From a bacterium (GTDB lineage: Bacteria > UBA8248), in NCBI GenBank assembly GCA_965213625.1, contig CBDBZU010000004.1, forward strand, positions 928,001-992,000: a DNA stretch of 64,000 nt, read 5' to 3'. The notes under the pieces are model-generated. The model searched no databases. It worked only from the letters and a program-made list of their open reading frames with translations, and was not told the origin of the DNA. Both the position numbers and the translations under genes were made by a program. Of this stretch, positions 50,284 to 62,228 are shown one piece after another. Numbering within the stretch: position 1 is the stretch's first letter; each line of letters begins with the position of its first letter.

Positions 50284-51042
50284 TTAGTTCACATACTGTC
50301 CGCCGTTCACGTCGATGGTCGCGCCGGTGACGTAGCCGCAGCCCGGCGTGGAGAAATACCATATCGCGTCGGCGATATCCTCAGGCTCCCCGCCGAAGCC
50401 TACGGGCAGGTTCGCCACTATCTGCGGCACGCGTTCCTGGTGCACCAGGCGAAAGCGCTTGGTGAGCGTCACGCCCGGGGCCACGGCATTCACCGTAATG
50501 CCGTGAGGGGCGAGTTCCGCCGCGAGCCTCCTCGTGAAGCCCTGCATCGCTGATTTCGCGGCGCTGTAGACAAGGGATACGTTCGCCAGGGCGTCGCGCG
50601 CGGAGATGGAGGATACGTTCACGATTCGGCCATAGCCCCGTTCTTTCATCGGGGCCGTCGCCGCCCGGGTGGCGAGATAGCAGCTTGTCAGGTTCCATTC
50701 GACAATCTTCTCCCACTCCGCCTCGTCGAGGTCCTCGATGTCGGACACCTCCACGAAACCGCCCGCGCAGTTCACGAGAATGTCGAGGCGGCCCCAGGTG
50801 CCGAGCGCCCGGGCGAACAGAAGATCGACGTCCTCTTTTTGCGCGGCGTCGCCCTGGACGTAGATGGCGTCGCCGTGCGCGCTCACCGTGGCCAGGGCCG
50901 CCGAGCCACGATCCGGATCGCGCCCGGTAATGACCACCTTCGCGCCCTCATCGGCGAATCGTATCGCCGTCGCCAGACCGATGCCGTCGGTCGCGCCGGT
51001 GACGATGGCGACGTGATCTTTTATCGATGACCGCTCATGCAC
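50284..51042 (-). CDS. SDR family oxidoreductase
   Basis: TGATDGIG, YSAAK, VNAVAPG, DVNGG. Confidence 0.93.
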   Translation of the reverse strand: MHERSSIKDHVAIVTGATDGIGLATAIRFADEGAKVVITGRDPDRGSAALATVSAHGDAIYVQGDAAQKEDVDLLFARALGTWGRLDILVNCAGGFVEVSDIEDLDEAEWEKIVEWNLTSCYLATRAATAPMKERGYGRIVNVSSISARDALANVSLVYSAAKSAMQGFTRRLAAELAPHGITVNAVAPGVTLTKRFRLVHQERVPQIVANLPVGFGGEPEDIADAIWYFSTPGCGYVTGATIDVNGGQYVN

Positions 51043-51055
51043 GCGATTGTCCTTT

Positions 51056-51817
51056 CTAGTGAACGTACCTGCCGCCGTTGACGTCGAGCACCACGCCGGT
51101 AACGTAGCGCGCTTGTGGTCTGGCGAGATACCAAACGGCGTCGGCGATATCCGCAGCGTCCGCCAGGCGGCGCGCCGGAATTTTCGAGACTATCTCGGGC
51201 AATCTGTCCTTGTGGAGAACGGCCGTCCTCGGGGTGATCACGACGCCCGGAGTCACCGTGTTCACCGTTACGCCGTGGGGAGCGACTTCCACCGCCAGCC
51301 GCCTGCCAAACCCGAACAGGCCCGCCTTGGCGGCGCTGTAGGCGAGGCCGGTCTCGATGATGGCGTCGCGGCCCGACTGGGAGGAAACGTTCACGATGCG
51401 GCCGTAGCCGGCTTTCTTCATAAAGGGCATAGACGCGCGCGCGCACAGGTAGGCGCTCTTCAGGTTCAGGTCCACGACCCGGCGCCACTGCGACTCGTCG
51501 ATCTCTTCGATGGCCGGGTTTTCCACGAATCCGCCCGCGCAGTTCACCAGAATGTCAAGACGCCCCCAGGTGACGAGCGCCTCCTCTACCGCCGCTTTCA
51601 CCTCATTCGCCGAGGTTGCGTCGGTATTGATGAAGCGGGCTTCGCCCCCCTCATCGCATATTCGGCGCGCCGTCGCCTCGCCCAGCGCATCGTCGAGGTC
51701 CAGTAGCGCAACGCGCGCGCCCTCATGCGCGAGGCGCTCGGCTATCGCTTCGCCGATGCCCACCGCGCCCGCCGTCACGAGCGCCACGTGTCCTTGGATC
51801 GAGGATTTATCTTCCAT
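51056..51817 (-). CDS. SDR family oxidoreductase (paralog of neighbour)
   Basis: TAGAVGIG, WGRLDILVNCAGGFV, YSAAK, DVNGG. Confidence 0.93.
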   Translation of the reverse strand: MEDKSSIQGHVALVTAGAVGIGEAIAERLAHEGARVALLDLDDALGEATARRICDEGGEARFINTDATSANEVKAAVEEALVTWGRLDILVNCAGGFVENPAIEEIDESQWRRVVDLNLKSAYLCARASMPFMKKAGYGRIVNVSSQSGRDAIIETGLAYSAAKAGLFGFGRRLAVEVAPHGVTVNTVTPGVVITPRTAVLHKDRLPEIVSKIPARRLADAADIADAVWYLARPQARYVTGVVLDVNGGRYVH

Positions 51818-51857
51818 CTCGTATGCCGCCTCGCTTGCGTCCACCGAGAAATTCCGT

Positions 51858-52250
51858 TTAAGAATCCCGCCCGGACGACCGAATCATAAAAAATCCCTCA
51901 TAGGCGAGGAAGGGAACCGTAAAAGGCACCAGAACCAGCCACAAGGTTCCGCTCTCGAGGCCGCTGCCCGCCATCTTCGCCAGATAGTTATAGGCGTAAA
52001 AATTCACCAGCACGCCGCCCGCTATCGCCGCAACAACCCGGTGCCACACGGCCTCGCTGTCCATCATATCGCGTATGTTCGTGATGAGAACGTACGCCAT
52101 GGCGGCGATGACGGCGGCGTCGAGCCAATGAAAAACAACCTTGGCCGCCTTGGGGTTCATCGCGAAAAACTGGTTGTTGAGCATCAGCGCAATCGCAACC
52201 GCCAGAACGAGGAAGCCCCCTTTTGAGCGCATGTTTCCTCCTCCCGACAA
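51858..52250 (-). CDS. Hypothetical four-TM membrane protein
   Basis: Four hydrophobic segments; RBS before an ATG at ~52232. Confidence 0.6.
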   Translation of the reverse strand: MSGGGNMRSKGGFLVLAVAIALMLNNQFFAMNPKAAKVVFHWLDAAVIAAMAYVLITNIRDMMDSEAVWHRVVAAIAGGVLVNFYAYNYLAKMAGSGLESGTLWLVLVPFTVPFLAYEGFFMIRSSGRDS

Positions 52251-52358
52251 AAAACCCGAGTCGCTCTTCGCCTCGCACCGTCTCCCCTCACGCCGAGGGT
52301 TCGCATGGCTCGCCGATAATGAGTGGATTATAGCGCATCGCCACCGCCTTGCCAGCCG

Positions 52359-52955
52359 CTAGGGGGCGCTTGCGGCGGCGAAATAGGTGTTGCCGTCGAA
52401 ATCCCACCAGCGGGCTTTTCGAAACCCCGCCTCGCGCAACTCCGCCACGAGTTCTCGGGGCTCAAAGCTCGCTTCGAGGGGCGGCCCCATGTCCATGGGC
52501 TTCTTGTGCCAGTCGATGAGCGTGATGGCGGCGCCCTTTTTCATCGCGCGGCTTGATTCGGCGAGCAGGGCCTGGATGTCGGCCAACCCGTGTAGCACGA
52601 ACGCGATGAGGACGAAGTCCGCACACGCATCCGGAAAGGGGATTCGGGATCCCTGGTTTCGCTTCGCCGTCAGGTTGGCGTAGCCGCGCTCTTTGGCTCC
52701 CGCCCGAAGTTCGGTGATCATCACGGGCGAGACGTCGCAGGCGAACACGCGGCCGTGTTTTCCCACGATTCTGCAAGCGGGGATCGCGAAATATCCTGGG
52801 CCGCAGCCGATATCCAGGAAACCCATGCCGCGTTTCAGGCCCAGGGCGCGCAGCGTCTTGACGGGCGGCATGGCCCGCCGCCTTCCCCTTGTGAGCAGGA
52901 GGTGTCGGTTGCGGACGGGAAGCGTCCACTTCTTACGTGCGGCCGACTCGCTCAA
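52359..52955 (-). CDS. Class I SAM-dependent methyltransferase
   Basis: FLDIGCGPG, VFACDVS, AFVLH, LIDW. Confidence 0.9.
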   Translation of the reverse strand: MSESAARKKWTLPVRNRHLLLTRGRRRAMPPVKTLRALGLKRGMGFLDIGCGPGYFAIPACRIVGKHGRVFACDVSPVMITELRAGAKERGYANLTAKRNQGSRIPFPDACADFVLIAFVLHGLADIQALLAESSRAMKKGAAITLIDWHKKPMDMGPPLEASFEPRELVAELREAGFRKARWWDFDGNTYFAAASAP

Positions 52956-54043
52956 GCCTCATCCTCGAGATAGCCGCCGAGCGCCTCACGGATGAATTCC
53001 TCCGGGTGCCCCTCTCGGATGAGCATGAAGCCCTCCGCCAGGCACTCGAGCTTTCTGCGCTCCCTGTCGAGTCGCGTCTGCCCCTTCCGGCTGAGGAGCC
53101 TCTCGACGTCTTCTATCGTGGCGCCCTCGAGCGCCCACTTGAGCCCCGTCTTGAGGAGGGGTTCCTGAATCCATTCGAGGCGCTCGGCAATCGCGCCGCC
53201 CTCGTCGCGGGAAGCGAGGCCAGCGAGTTCCACGCAAAGGCTGATGATGTCGACCGTGGCTTGTGCCGAGGGAGAAAACCGGACGCCCGGCAGGCGCTCG
53301 TAATCCGCCTCGCCCTCGGGCAGGAATGCGACGAGCCTCGCGCGCGCGCGGTCCTCGCTCACGCCCTCGAGAATCGCCAGCGCGCCCTCGATGGCGATCT
53401 CCTTGTTTCTTTCAACTGCGCTGAGGGAGGATTCGATTTGCCTGACGAGAATCAACTCGGCCTCATCCCAGGGCGCCTGGTCGACCAGCATTCGAAGGCC
53501 GGTCGAGAAAATTCCGTCCGGGCTCCTCTCGAGGGCCGGCTCGAGGGAGAGCAACCCGTGCTGCTCCGCCCACGCGGCCAGTGCGACGATGAGCGAAACG
53601 GCGTGCTCGGCCTTGCTGTCAGATGAGTGAAACGCGGCGAGCCCTTCTTCGAGCGCCCGATCCAGCGGTGGAATGGCGTCGTCGGCGGGGCCATCGAATG
53701 TAATGTCGCCGTGGTTTTTCATGGCGTAGGCGGTCTGCATCAACATCTGGCGCGCCTCGACGCTCCGCTCGTTCTCCACAGCGCCCGAACGCTCGATTTC
53801 CTCGCGAATATGGGACGCGTTTTTGGAGGATACGTTCCTGAGCACCCGCTCGACCACGCGCGGCTGCGCGTCGCGTAGCGCCAGTACGAGGATTTCCAGG
53901 TCCATGCGCTCGATGACACGCCTTAACGCACGGCCCGACATCTCTGCGATGGGGCTCAGGTCGGGGTTCTCGCCGGGGGAGAAGTAGTGAAAGCCCGGAC
54001 CCTCCATCCCGCCCTCGTCCCAGCCGTCGCCACTAAAGTTCAT
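52952..54043 (-). CDS. FliG C-terminal domain fused to two MotA-cytoplasmic-like modules, no TM
   Basis: LVLALRDA..VLRNVSSKNA..IREE..EARQML (FliG_C); GLLSLE..FSTGLRMLVD..IAIEGALAILEG..ARLVAFLP, repeated in degenerate form. Confidence 0.72.
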   Translation of the reverse strand: MNFSGDGWDEGGMEGPGFHYFSPGENPDLSPIAEMSGRALRRVIERMDLEILVLALRDAQPRVVERVLRNVSSKNASHIREEIERSGAVENERSVEARQMLMQTAYAMKNHGDITFDGPADDAIPPLDRALEEGLAAFHSSDSKAEHAVSLIVALAAWAEQHGLLSLEPALERSPDGIFSTGLRMLVDQAPWDEAELILVRQIESSLSAVERNKEIAIEGALAILEGVSEDRARARLVAFLPEGEADYERLPGVRFSPSAQATVDIISLCVELAGLASRDEGGAIAERLEWIQEPLLKTGLKWALEGATIEDVERLLSRKGQTRLDRERRKLECLAEGFMLIREGHPEEFIREALGGYLEDEA

Positions 54044-54127
54044 TTTCTCGTCTTCCGGACTTTCGAGGAGCGCCGCGCCGAGCGGGCCGGCAGGGTTGTT
54101 TCAGGAGCCGCCAGAACATGATCCGCG

Positions 54128-55771
54128 TCAATTCTCCTCGGCCAGCTTGGGCGGCTGCACGGAACGGTTCACATAGAATTGCTGCGCGATGGAGAGGAGG
54201 TTGTTCACGAGCCAGTAGATAACCAGCCCCACGGGCACGGGATAGAAGATGAACATGCCCGTGAAGACGATGGGCATAAACATCATCATCTTCGCCTGGG
54301 TGGGGTCGCCCGCGGTGGGCGTCATCTTCTGCTGCAAGAACATCGAGGCGCCCATAAGTATCGTATATACGTGGTAGGGGTCCTGCACGGAGAGATCCTG
54401 CACCCAGCCGAAAAAGGGCGCGTTACGCAACTCTATCGACACCAGGAGCGCTTCGTATAGCCCGAAGAAGACGGGTATCTGTATCAGCATGGGCAGACAG
54501 CCCATCATCGGGTTGACCTTGTGCTCCTTATATAAGGCCATGGTCTGCTCGTTCAGCCTGTTCTTGTCGTCCTTGTATATCTCGCGCAACTGCGTGATGC
54601 GCGGCTGGAGCTTCTGCATCTCCTTCATGTTGCGCATGCTGACGTGGGTGAGGGGGTAGAAGATGATTTTCACCACGATCGTCAGCAGGATGATGGCCAC
54701 GCCCCAGTTGCCTACGATCCCGTGGAAAAAACGCAGAATCGACATGAGCGGCTTGGCGATGAAGGAGAACATCCCGTAGTCCAGGGAATCCTCGAGGTTG
54801 ACCTTGAGCTTTTCGAGGTGCTCCACCGCCTTCGGCCCCACATAGATGTCGAAGTCCGCTTCGACGTTCGTTCCCCGTGAGAAGGGCACGATGGCGGCAT
54901 ATTCGCTCAAATCATCCGTTTTGCTTAACAAGCGAATCTCCGCACCGCCCGCACCGCCTCGGGGAATGAGCGCCGCGATAAAGTGCTTCGATTGGAGCGA
55001 AGTCCACTTGAGGCTCTCGCCGTGGGTGACGGGTTTCGCTTCCTCGGGATAGTCGTATTCGAGTTCTTCGCCCACGAAGCTCATCGGCCCCTCGATGACG
55101 CCGCCATACGTGTTGCCGTCGCTTCCGCCCACGCGCGGCCCCCAGACGATTCCCATCGCCTCCGTCCCGGAAGGACGCGTGACGCTTATATTCGTGCGGA
55201 TATTGAATTCGTTGTGGCGGAAGGTGAGCGCCTTCTCCGCCGAGAGGCCATCGGCGCCTCGGTAGAGGAAGCGAACCGTTCCCTCAGGATTCGTCTTCGA
55301 GAGCGAGAGGTCGCCGCCTACGACCTGGTAGGAAGCCTCGTTGAGCCGCTGCGCCGTCTTTCCGCCCCAGAAGAAAAGAGGCCGCACGTCCGGGCGGCCC
55401 GAAGGCACGAGCTGGACGAAGTTCTTCTCGCCCTGTTTGTATTTCAAAAGGCGTGCGGACAAAAAGCCCGCGCCCCGGTTGGTCAGTTCATACACTGCGT
55501 CGCCAATGTCCACGCGAACGCGTCGCCCCGGAGCAGCTTCCGTGGGCGTAGCAGGAGCGGCGGGTGTGGCCGGCTGGCCGGCGACGGAAGCGGGCGCTTT
55601 AAGTGGCGTGCTCGCGGCGCTCGATTGTCCCTTCTTCTGGGCCGCCGCGCGCGCCTTGGCCACCTTTTGCTTCTGGGCCTGCTCGTCTTCCATGGGCTTG
55701 ACGATGAGGTATTGCCAGCCAATCAGTATCGCCATCGACAAGACGGCGGCGAGAATCGCGTTTCTTTCCAT
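54128..55771 (-). CDS. yidC: Membrane protein insertase YidC
   Basis: YVGPK, NWGVAIILLT, NPMMGCLPMLIQIPVF, GLVIYW. Confidence 0.96.
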   Translation of the reverse strand: MERNAILAAVLSMAILIGWQYLIVKPMEDEQAQKQKVAKARAAAQKKGQSSAASTPLKAPASVAGQPATPAAPATPTEAAPGRRVRVDIGDAVYELTNRGAGFLSARLLKYKQGEKNFVQLVPSGRPDVRPLFFWGGKTAQRLNEASYQVVGGDLSLSKTNPEGTVRFLYRGADGLSAEKALTFRHNEFNIRTNISVTRPSGTEAMGIVWGPRVGGSDGNTYGGVIEGPMSFVGEELEYDYPEEAKPVTHGESLKWTSLQSKHFIAALIPRGGAGGAEIRLLSKTDDLSEYAAIVPFSRGTNVEADFDIYVGPKAVEHLEKLKVNLEDSLDYGMFSFIAKPLMSILRFFHGIVGNWGVAIILLTIVVKIIFYPLTHVSMRNMKEMQKLQPRITQLREIYKDDKNRLNEQTMALYKEHKVNPMMGCLPMLIQIPVFFGLYEALLVSIELRNAPFFGWVQDLSVQDPYHVYTILMGASMFLQQKMTPTAGDPTQAKMMMFMPIVFTGMFIFYPVPVGLVIYWLVNNLLSIAQQFYVNRSVQPPKLAEEN

Positions 55772-55797
55772 GATGTAAAGCGCCTCCGCCGGACCCC

Positions 55798-56055
55798 TCA
55801 GGGAACCGGATCGTTTCCCCCGGGGTGAAATGGATGGCAGCGCCCGATGCGGCGCACGGTGAGCCATAGGGCCCGCGCGGGTGCGTGACGCCGAAACGCC
55901 TCGAGCGCGTAATGAGAACAAGAAGGTGAAAAGCGGCAACTGCCAGGCATCACGGGAGACAAAACGAGTTGATACCCCCGAATCAAGATCGTCGCCAATA
56001 CACAGATCGCCCGAGAGACGGGGCCGATCTCTTTTTCAGGAATTCGTTTTTCCAT
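55798..56055 (-). CDS. yidD: Membrane protein insertion efficiency factor YidD
   Basis: CRFSPSCSHY, RCHPFHPGGNDPVP. Confidence 0.93.
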   Translation of the reverse strand: MEKRIPEKEIGPVSRAICVLATILIRGYQLVLSPVMPGSCRFSPSCSHYALEAFRRHAPARALWLTVRRIGRCHPFHPGGNDPVP

Positions 56056-56383
56056 GGATAGCGTTGCGGAACGACCTTTCAACATCCTCTAGCCTCGCCA
56101 TGGCGATCGAGTTCCTCGCCACGGCCACAAGGTCTACTCCCGCAGGGAGTTGAGAGCCGTGACGCCGAAACACCTCGCGGAGAAGCCGCTTGGCGCGATT
56201 CCTCTGAACGGCGCCGCCCACCCGGCGCGACGCGATGATGCCAATTCGTGCGCGTCTCCGCGAAGGAGTCGACAGGATATGCAACGTGAAATTCGGACAC
56301 TTGTGCTTGCGTCCTTTTCTGAGAACGACGGCGAATTCACTCCCCTTGCGAATTCGCCGCTCCGGCGGGAAGCTCTCGTCCAT
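56036..56383 (-). CDS. rnpA: Ribonuclease P protein component
   Basis: RIGIIASRRVGGAVQRNRAKRLLRE. Confidence 0.93.
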   Translation of the reverse strand: MDESFPPERRIRKGSEFAVVLRKGRKHKCPNFTLHILSTPSRRRARIGIIASRRVGGAVQRNRAKRLLREVFRRHGSQLPAGVDLVAVARNSIAMARLEDVERSFRNAIHGKTNS

Positions 56384-56427
56384 GCCCGCGCCCTCCCGTT
56401 CGAGGGTCGGCAAGTCCGGCGCGCCGT

Positions 56428-56568
56428 CTAGGCGGAAACGCCGAGACGCTTGCGGCCCTTGACCCGGCGGCGTTTTATAACCGCGCGGCCGCCGGTGGTC
56501 TTCATCCGGCGACGAAATCCGTGCGTCTTCACTCGTTTTCTTCTGTTCGGCTGGTATGTTCGTTTCAC
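56428..56568 (-). CDS. rpmH: 50S ribosomal protein L34 (not in the ORF track)
   Basis: GTG start; [46 protein letters not shown]. Confidence 0.96.
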   Translation of the reverse strand: MKRTYQPNRRKRVKTHGFRRRMKTTGGRAVIKRRRVKGRKRLGVSA

Positions 56569-56757
56569 CAAAAACTCCGTCTACCGGCCCCAAGGCCGAT
56601 CTTTCAACCCGCCATATAAATGATAAAGGTGGGTATCCCCTAGAAACCGAGCGTAAAGTAGCCACCAAAGTCCTGATTGTCAAGAACTACTTGTTAGGGG
56701 CATGACAAAATTGACAAGCTCAAGGGATCGGGGTATTTTCCTCGACCTTGGTTTGCT

Positions 56758-56901
56758 TTACCCACAAAGAAGGTTCATTTCCGTTCATAAATGACAAAAT
56801 ACCCGAAAGACGCTCCTTTTTGTGGAAAAATACTTGCCAACACCCAGGGTTTTGTGGAAAAATGCCTTCTCAGGTCAACTCCAGTCTCGCCCTGTGGAAA
56901 A
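56758..56901. promoter_or_regulatory. DnaA-box cluster upstream of dnaA
   Basis: TTACCCACA 56758, TGTGGAAAA 56821 and 56853, TGTGGAAAC 56893. Confidence 0.7.
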
Positions 56902-56963
56902 CCGGCTGCTGAGCGGCTCAATGCCCCTCGCTCCGAGATCTTTGTCGTGAATTGGTGCTCTAA

Positions 56964-58325
56964 ATGACGACCCTTTGGCGGCGCTGCGCAGAAAAAATCG
57001 AGCAAGAGGTCTCCTCCCAGACGTACTCACGCTGGTTTGCCGGCATAGAGGAGCTTGATTCAAGCGATTCTTCCCTGGCGATTCAGGCCCCTGATCCATT
57101 TACGGCGGAAACCCTGCGCACACGCTATTGGGGAATTATCAAGGACATCCTCGAACAAGAGGCCGGGCCGAACGTTGTGCTCACCCTCTCGGCGAGTGAT
57201 GGCGTGGTCAACGGAGCCAACGCCCTGCGTACGATCGCCGAACCGTTTCCAGCAAATGAGGACCCCGGGCCTTTGGCAATATCTAAGGCCCCTCCGGAGA
57301 AACCGGACTTCCTGAACCCAAAATACCGTTTCGAGAACTTCGTGGTGGGCAGCTCAAACGAATTCGCCCACGCCTGCAGCCTTCGTTTGGCTGAGGGCAA
57401 GGGGGTTGCGCTCAACCCCCTTTTCATCTACGGCGGCGTAGGTCTCGGTAAAACCCACCTGATGCACGCCATCGCTCACCACGTCCTCGATCAACACCCG
57501 AGGACACGCATCTTCTACACATCGTCGGAAAACTTCATTAACGATCTCATCACCTCGATCAGACAGAATCAGATGACCGCCTTCAGAAGCAAATACCGGA
57601 AAGTGGACATCCTGATGATAGACGACATCCAGTTTATCGCCGGAAAAGAGCGCACCCAGGAAGAATTCTTCTTTACTTTCAACGATTTACAAGATACGAG
57701 AAAACAGATCGTCATCACGAGCGATAAAATACCCAAAGACACCCCAGGGCTGGAAGATCGTCTCAGGTCGCGATTTATCTCAGGGATGATTGCGGACATC
57801 GGCGCACCGGACTTCGAAACCAAGGTTGCCATCCTGCAGAAGAAAGCGAGCGAACAGGGACTTTCGCTCAACCGGGATGTCGCCCACTATATCGCCGAGA
57901 AAGTCCGCTCTAACGTCCGGGAACTCGAGGGCTGCCTTATCAAGCTCAGCATTCATGCTTCTTTGTACGATACCGAGGTTGATCTCCCTGTCGCGCAAGA
58001 AGTGTTGCGCGGCATCATCCGGGACCCCGCCCGCAACTCTTCGGTAGATAATATCCAGAAGATCGTCGCCGATCACTTTCAGGTTAGGGTTAGCGACCTT
58101 AAATCGAAAAACCGCTCGCGATCTTTTGCCGTTCCCCGGCAGATCGCCATGTTCCTCGCAAGAAAACTCACGCGCGCCTCGACAACGGAAATAGGTCGTC
58201 GCTTCGGCGGAAAGGATCATTCCACGGTAATACACTCCACAAACAAGATTGAGAACCTGCTCAAAACGGATCAGTCTCTCTCCGCCACCATCCAGACCCT
58301 CGAGCAAAAGATAGACTTATCCTGA
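56964..58325 (+). CDS. dnaA: Chromosomal replication initiator DnaA
   Basis: NPLFIYGGVGLGKTHL, IDDIQF, TQEEFF, RQIAM, FGGKDHSTV. Confidence 0.98.
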   Translation: MTTLWRRCAEKIEQEVSSQTYSRWFAGIEELDSSDSSLAIQAPDPFTAETLRTRYWGIIKDILEQEAGPNVVLTLSASDGVVNGANALRTIAEPFPANEDPGPLAISKAPPEKPDFLNPKYRFENFVVGSSNEFAHACSLRLAEGKGVALNPLFIYGGVGLGKTHLMHAIAHHVLDQHPRTRIFYTSSENFINDLITSIRQNQMTAFRSKYRKVDILMIDDIQFIAGKERTQEEFFFTFNDLQDTRKQIVITSDKIPKDTPGLEDRLRSRFISGMIADIGAPDFETKVAILQKKASEQGLSLNRDVAHYIAEKVRSNVRELEGCLIKLSIHASLYDTEVDLPVAQEVLRGIIRDPARNSSVDNIQKIVADHFQVRVSDLKSKNRSRSFAVPRQIAMFLARKLTRASTTEIGRRFGGKDHSTVIHSTNKIENLLKTDQSLSATIQTLEQKIDLS

Positions 58326-58520
58326 AACACCCGTGGAAAGGGTTGTGGATAACCATGTTGAAATCCCCCTTCTTCGCCGCGTTCAAGGAAAAAATCCCCA
58401 GCCTCCTACATTTACCCACAAGCGACTCCACACCCCTCCATTTGAACAAAAGCTTCAATTTGAACACCTTGGAAGGATGTCCACAATATCCCGGTTTCTA
58501 CTACTACTACTATTTTGATC
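58326..58520. other. oriC unwinding region: DnaA boxes plus DnaA-trios
   Basis: TGTGGATAA 58344-58352, TTACCCACA 58412-58420, ATGTCCACA 58477-58485, CCGG, then (CTA)5 at 58498-58512 and a T-run. Confidence 0.85.
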
Positions 58521-58561
58521 TTATCCTTGGCCTTAAAAGAACTAGTGCCTGAGGATATCCT

Positions 58562-59677
58562 TTGCGCCTCGCTGAGTTGACGCTCAAAAACTTCAGGAAT
58601 TACCAAAAACTCGGTTTCCGACCACACTCGGGATTTAACTATATTTTTGGAGACAACGGCTCGGGAAAGACAAATCTGCTCGAAGCTATTTATTACCTTT
58701 CGCACCTTCGGTCCTTCCGCCGGATATCCAGAGAGAAGATGGTGTTGCACGGTGGCGAGGGAATGTATACGTCCGGCGTGTTCATCGATGAGGGGAATGC
58801 AAAAGAAACGAGGCTCGAAGCAGCGTTCCACGGGCGCGAGAGAAAATACAAGAAAGATGGCCAGGAACTGCGGGGCCTGTTGTCCTATCTCGATAGTTCG
58901 CACGTTATTGTTTTTTTTCCCGAGACGCCTCAAGTCATCAAGGAGGGCCCCGGCGCGAGAAGGCGGTTTTTCGATCAAGCGATAGCGGCCGTCGAACCCC
59001 GGCATATCGAGGATTCCAGGGGGTATTTGAAACTACTTTCCGAGAGAAATCACCTTTTGAGAAATGGGGGCGAATCTGCTATGATTCTGGTGTGGCAAGA
59101 GCGACTAATCGAGATGGCCGCCCGCATTATCGTCCGCAGAAAAAGATATATACATTCTCTAAAAAACCGGCTGAACCATCTAGAGAATTTATTTGGAGAA
59201 ACGCGAGAAGCTAGGGTTTCCGTGTCGTATGAAGCCAGAGGTCTCCAGGGGAGAGACGAAGACGCGGAAGAGGAAATACGAGAGGGCTTACGAGCGACGG
59301 CGCGGAGACTCGCAAGGGAGGAAATGGCGAGAAGGACAACGCTTTGGGGTCCGCAGCTCGATGACTTTCACTTGTCGTGGGACGGGCGCCGCGCGAAAGA
59401 AGTCGCTTCCCAGGGAGAGCAGCGCCTCATCACGATTTTGCTGGTATCGGCGAACGCTGAGGAATACAAGAGTAGAAGAAAGAAAGCTCCCGTCGTATTG
59501 CTCGATGATTTGGGATCGGAGCTCGACGCGGGCAGGAAAAAGAGGGTGTTGTTGTTCCTGGGTTCCTTGGGAGCGCAAACTTTTATTACCTCGACCGAGG
59601 AACCGCGGTTAAACGAAAACGAGATTGAAGGAAGAACTTTTCTTGTTCGAGACGCAACGGTTGAAAGGGTAGATTGA
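58562..59677 (+). CDS. recF: DNA replication and repair protein RecF
   Basis: NFRNY, GDNGSGKTNLLEAI, SQGEQR, LLDDLGSELD. Confidence 0.95.
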   Translation: MRLAELTLKNFRNYQKLGFRPHSGFNYIFGDNGSGKTNLLEAIYYLSHLRSFRRISREKMVLHGGEGMYTSGVFIDEGNAKETRLEAAFHGRERKYKKDGQELRGLLSYLDSSHVIVFFPETPQVIKEGPGARRRFFDQAIAAVEPRHIEDSRGYLKLLSERNHLLRNGGESAMILVWQERLIEMAARIIVRRKRYIHSLKNRLNHLENLFGETREARVSVSYEARGLQGRDEDAEEEIREGLRATARRLAREEMARRTTLWGPQLDDFHLSWDGRRAKEVASQGEQRLITILLVSANAEEYKSRRKKAPVVLLDDLGSELDAGRKKRVLLFLGSLGAQTFITSTEEPRLNENEIEGRTFLVRDATVERVD

Positions 59678-62185
<2,508 letters not shown>

Positions 62186-62228
62186 CGTCCTCTCATGCCG
62201 TGAGTGAAAGCCAGTTAATTTTCCGGAA

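Noticed and set aside
56036-56683. 215-aa extended RnpA and 603-aa extended YidC from the ORF track
   Set aside because: The extensions overlap rpmH and yidD; true starts are at 56383 and 55771
58498-58512. (CTA)5 as a microsatellite or poly-Tyr ORF
   Set aside because: Its position after DnaA boxes downstream of dnaA fits DnaA-trios
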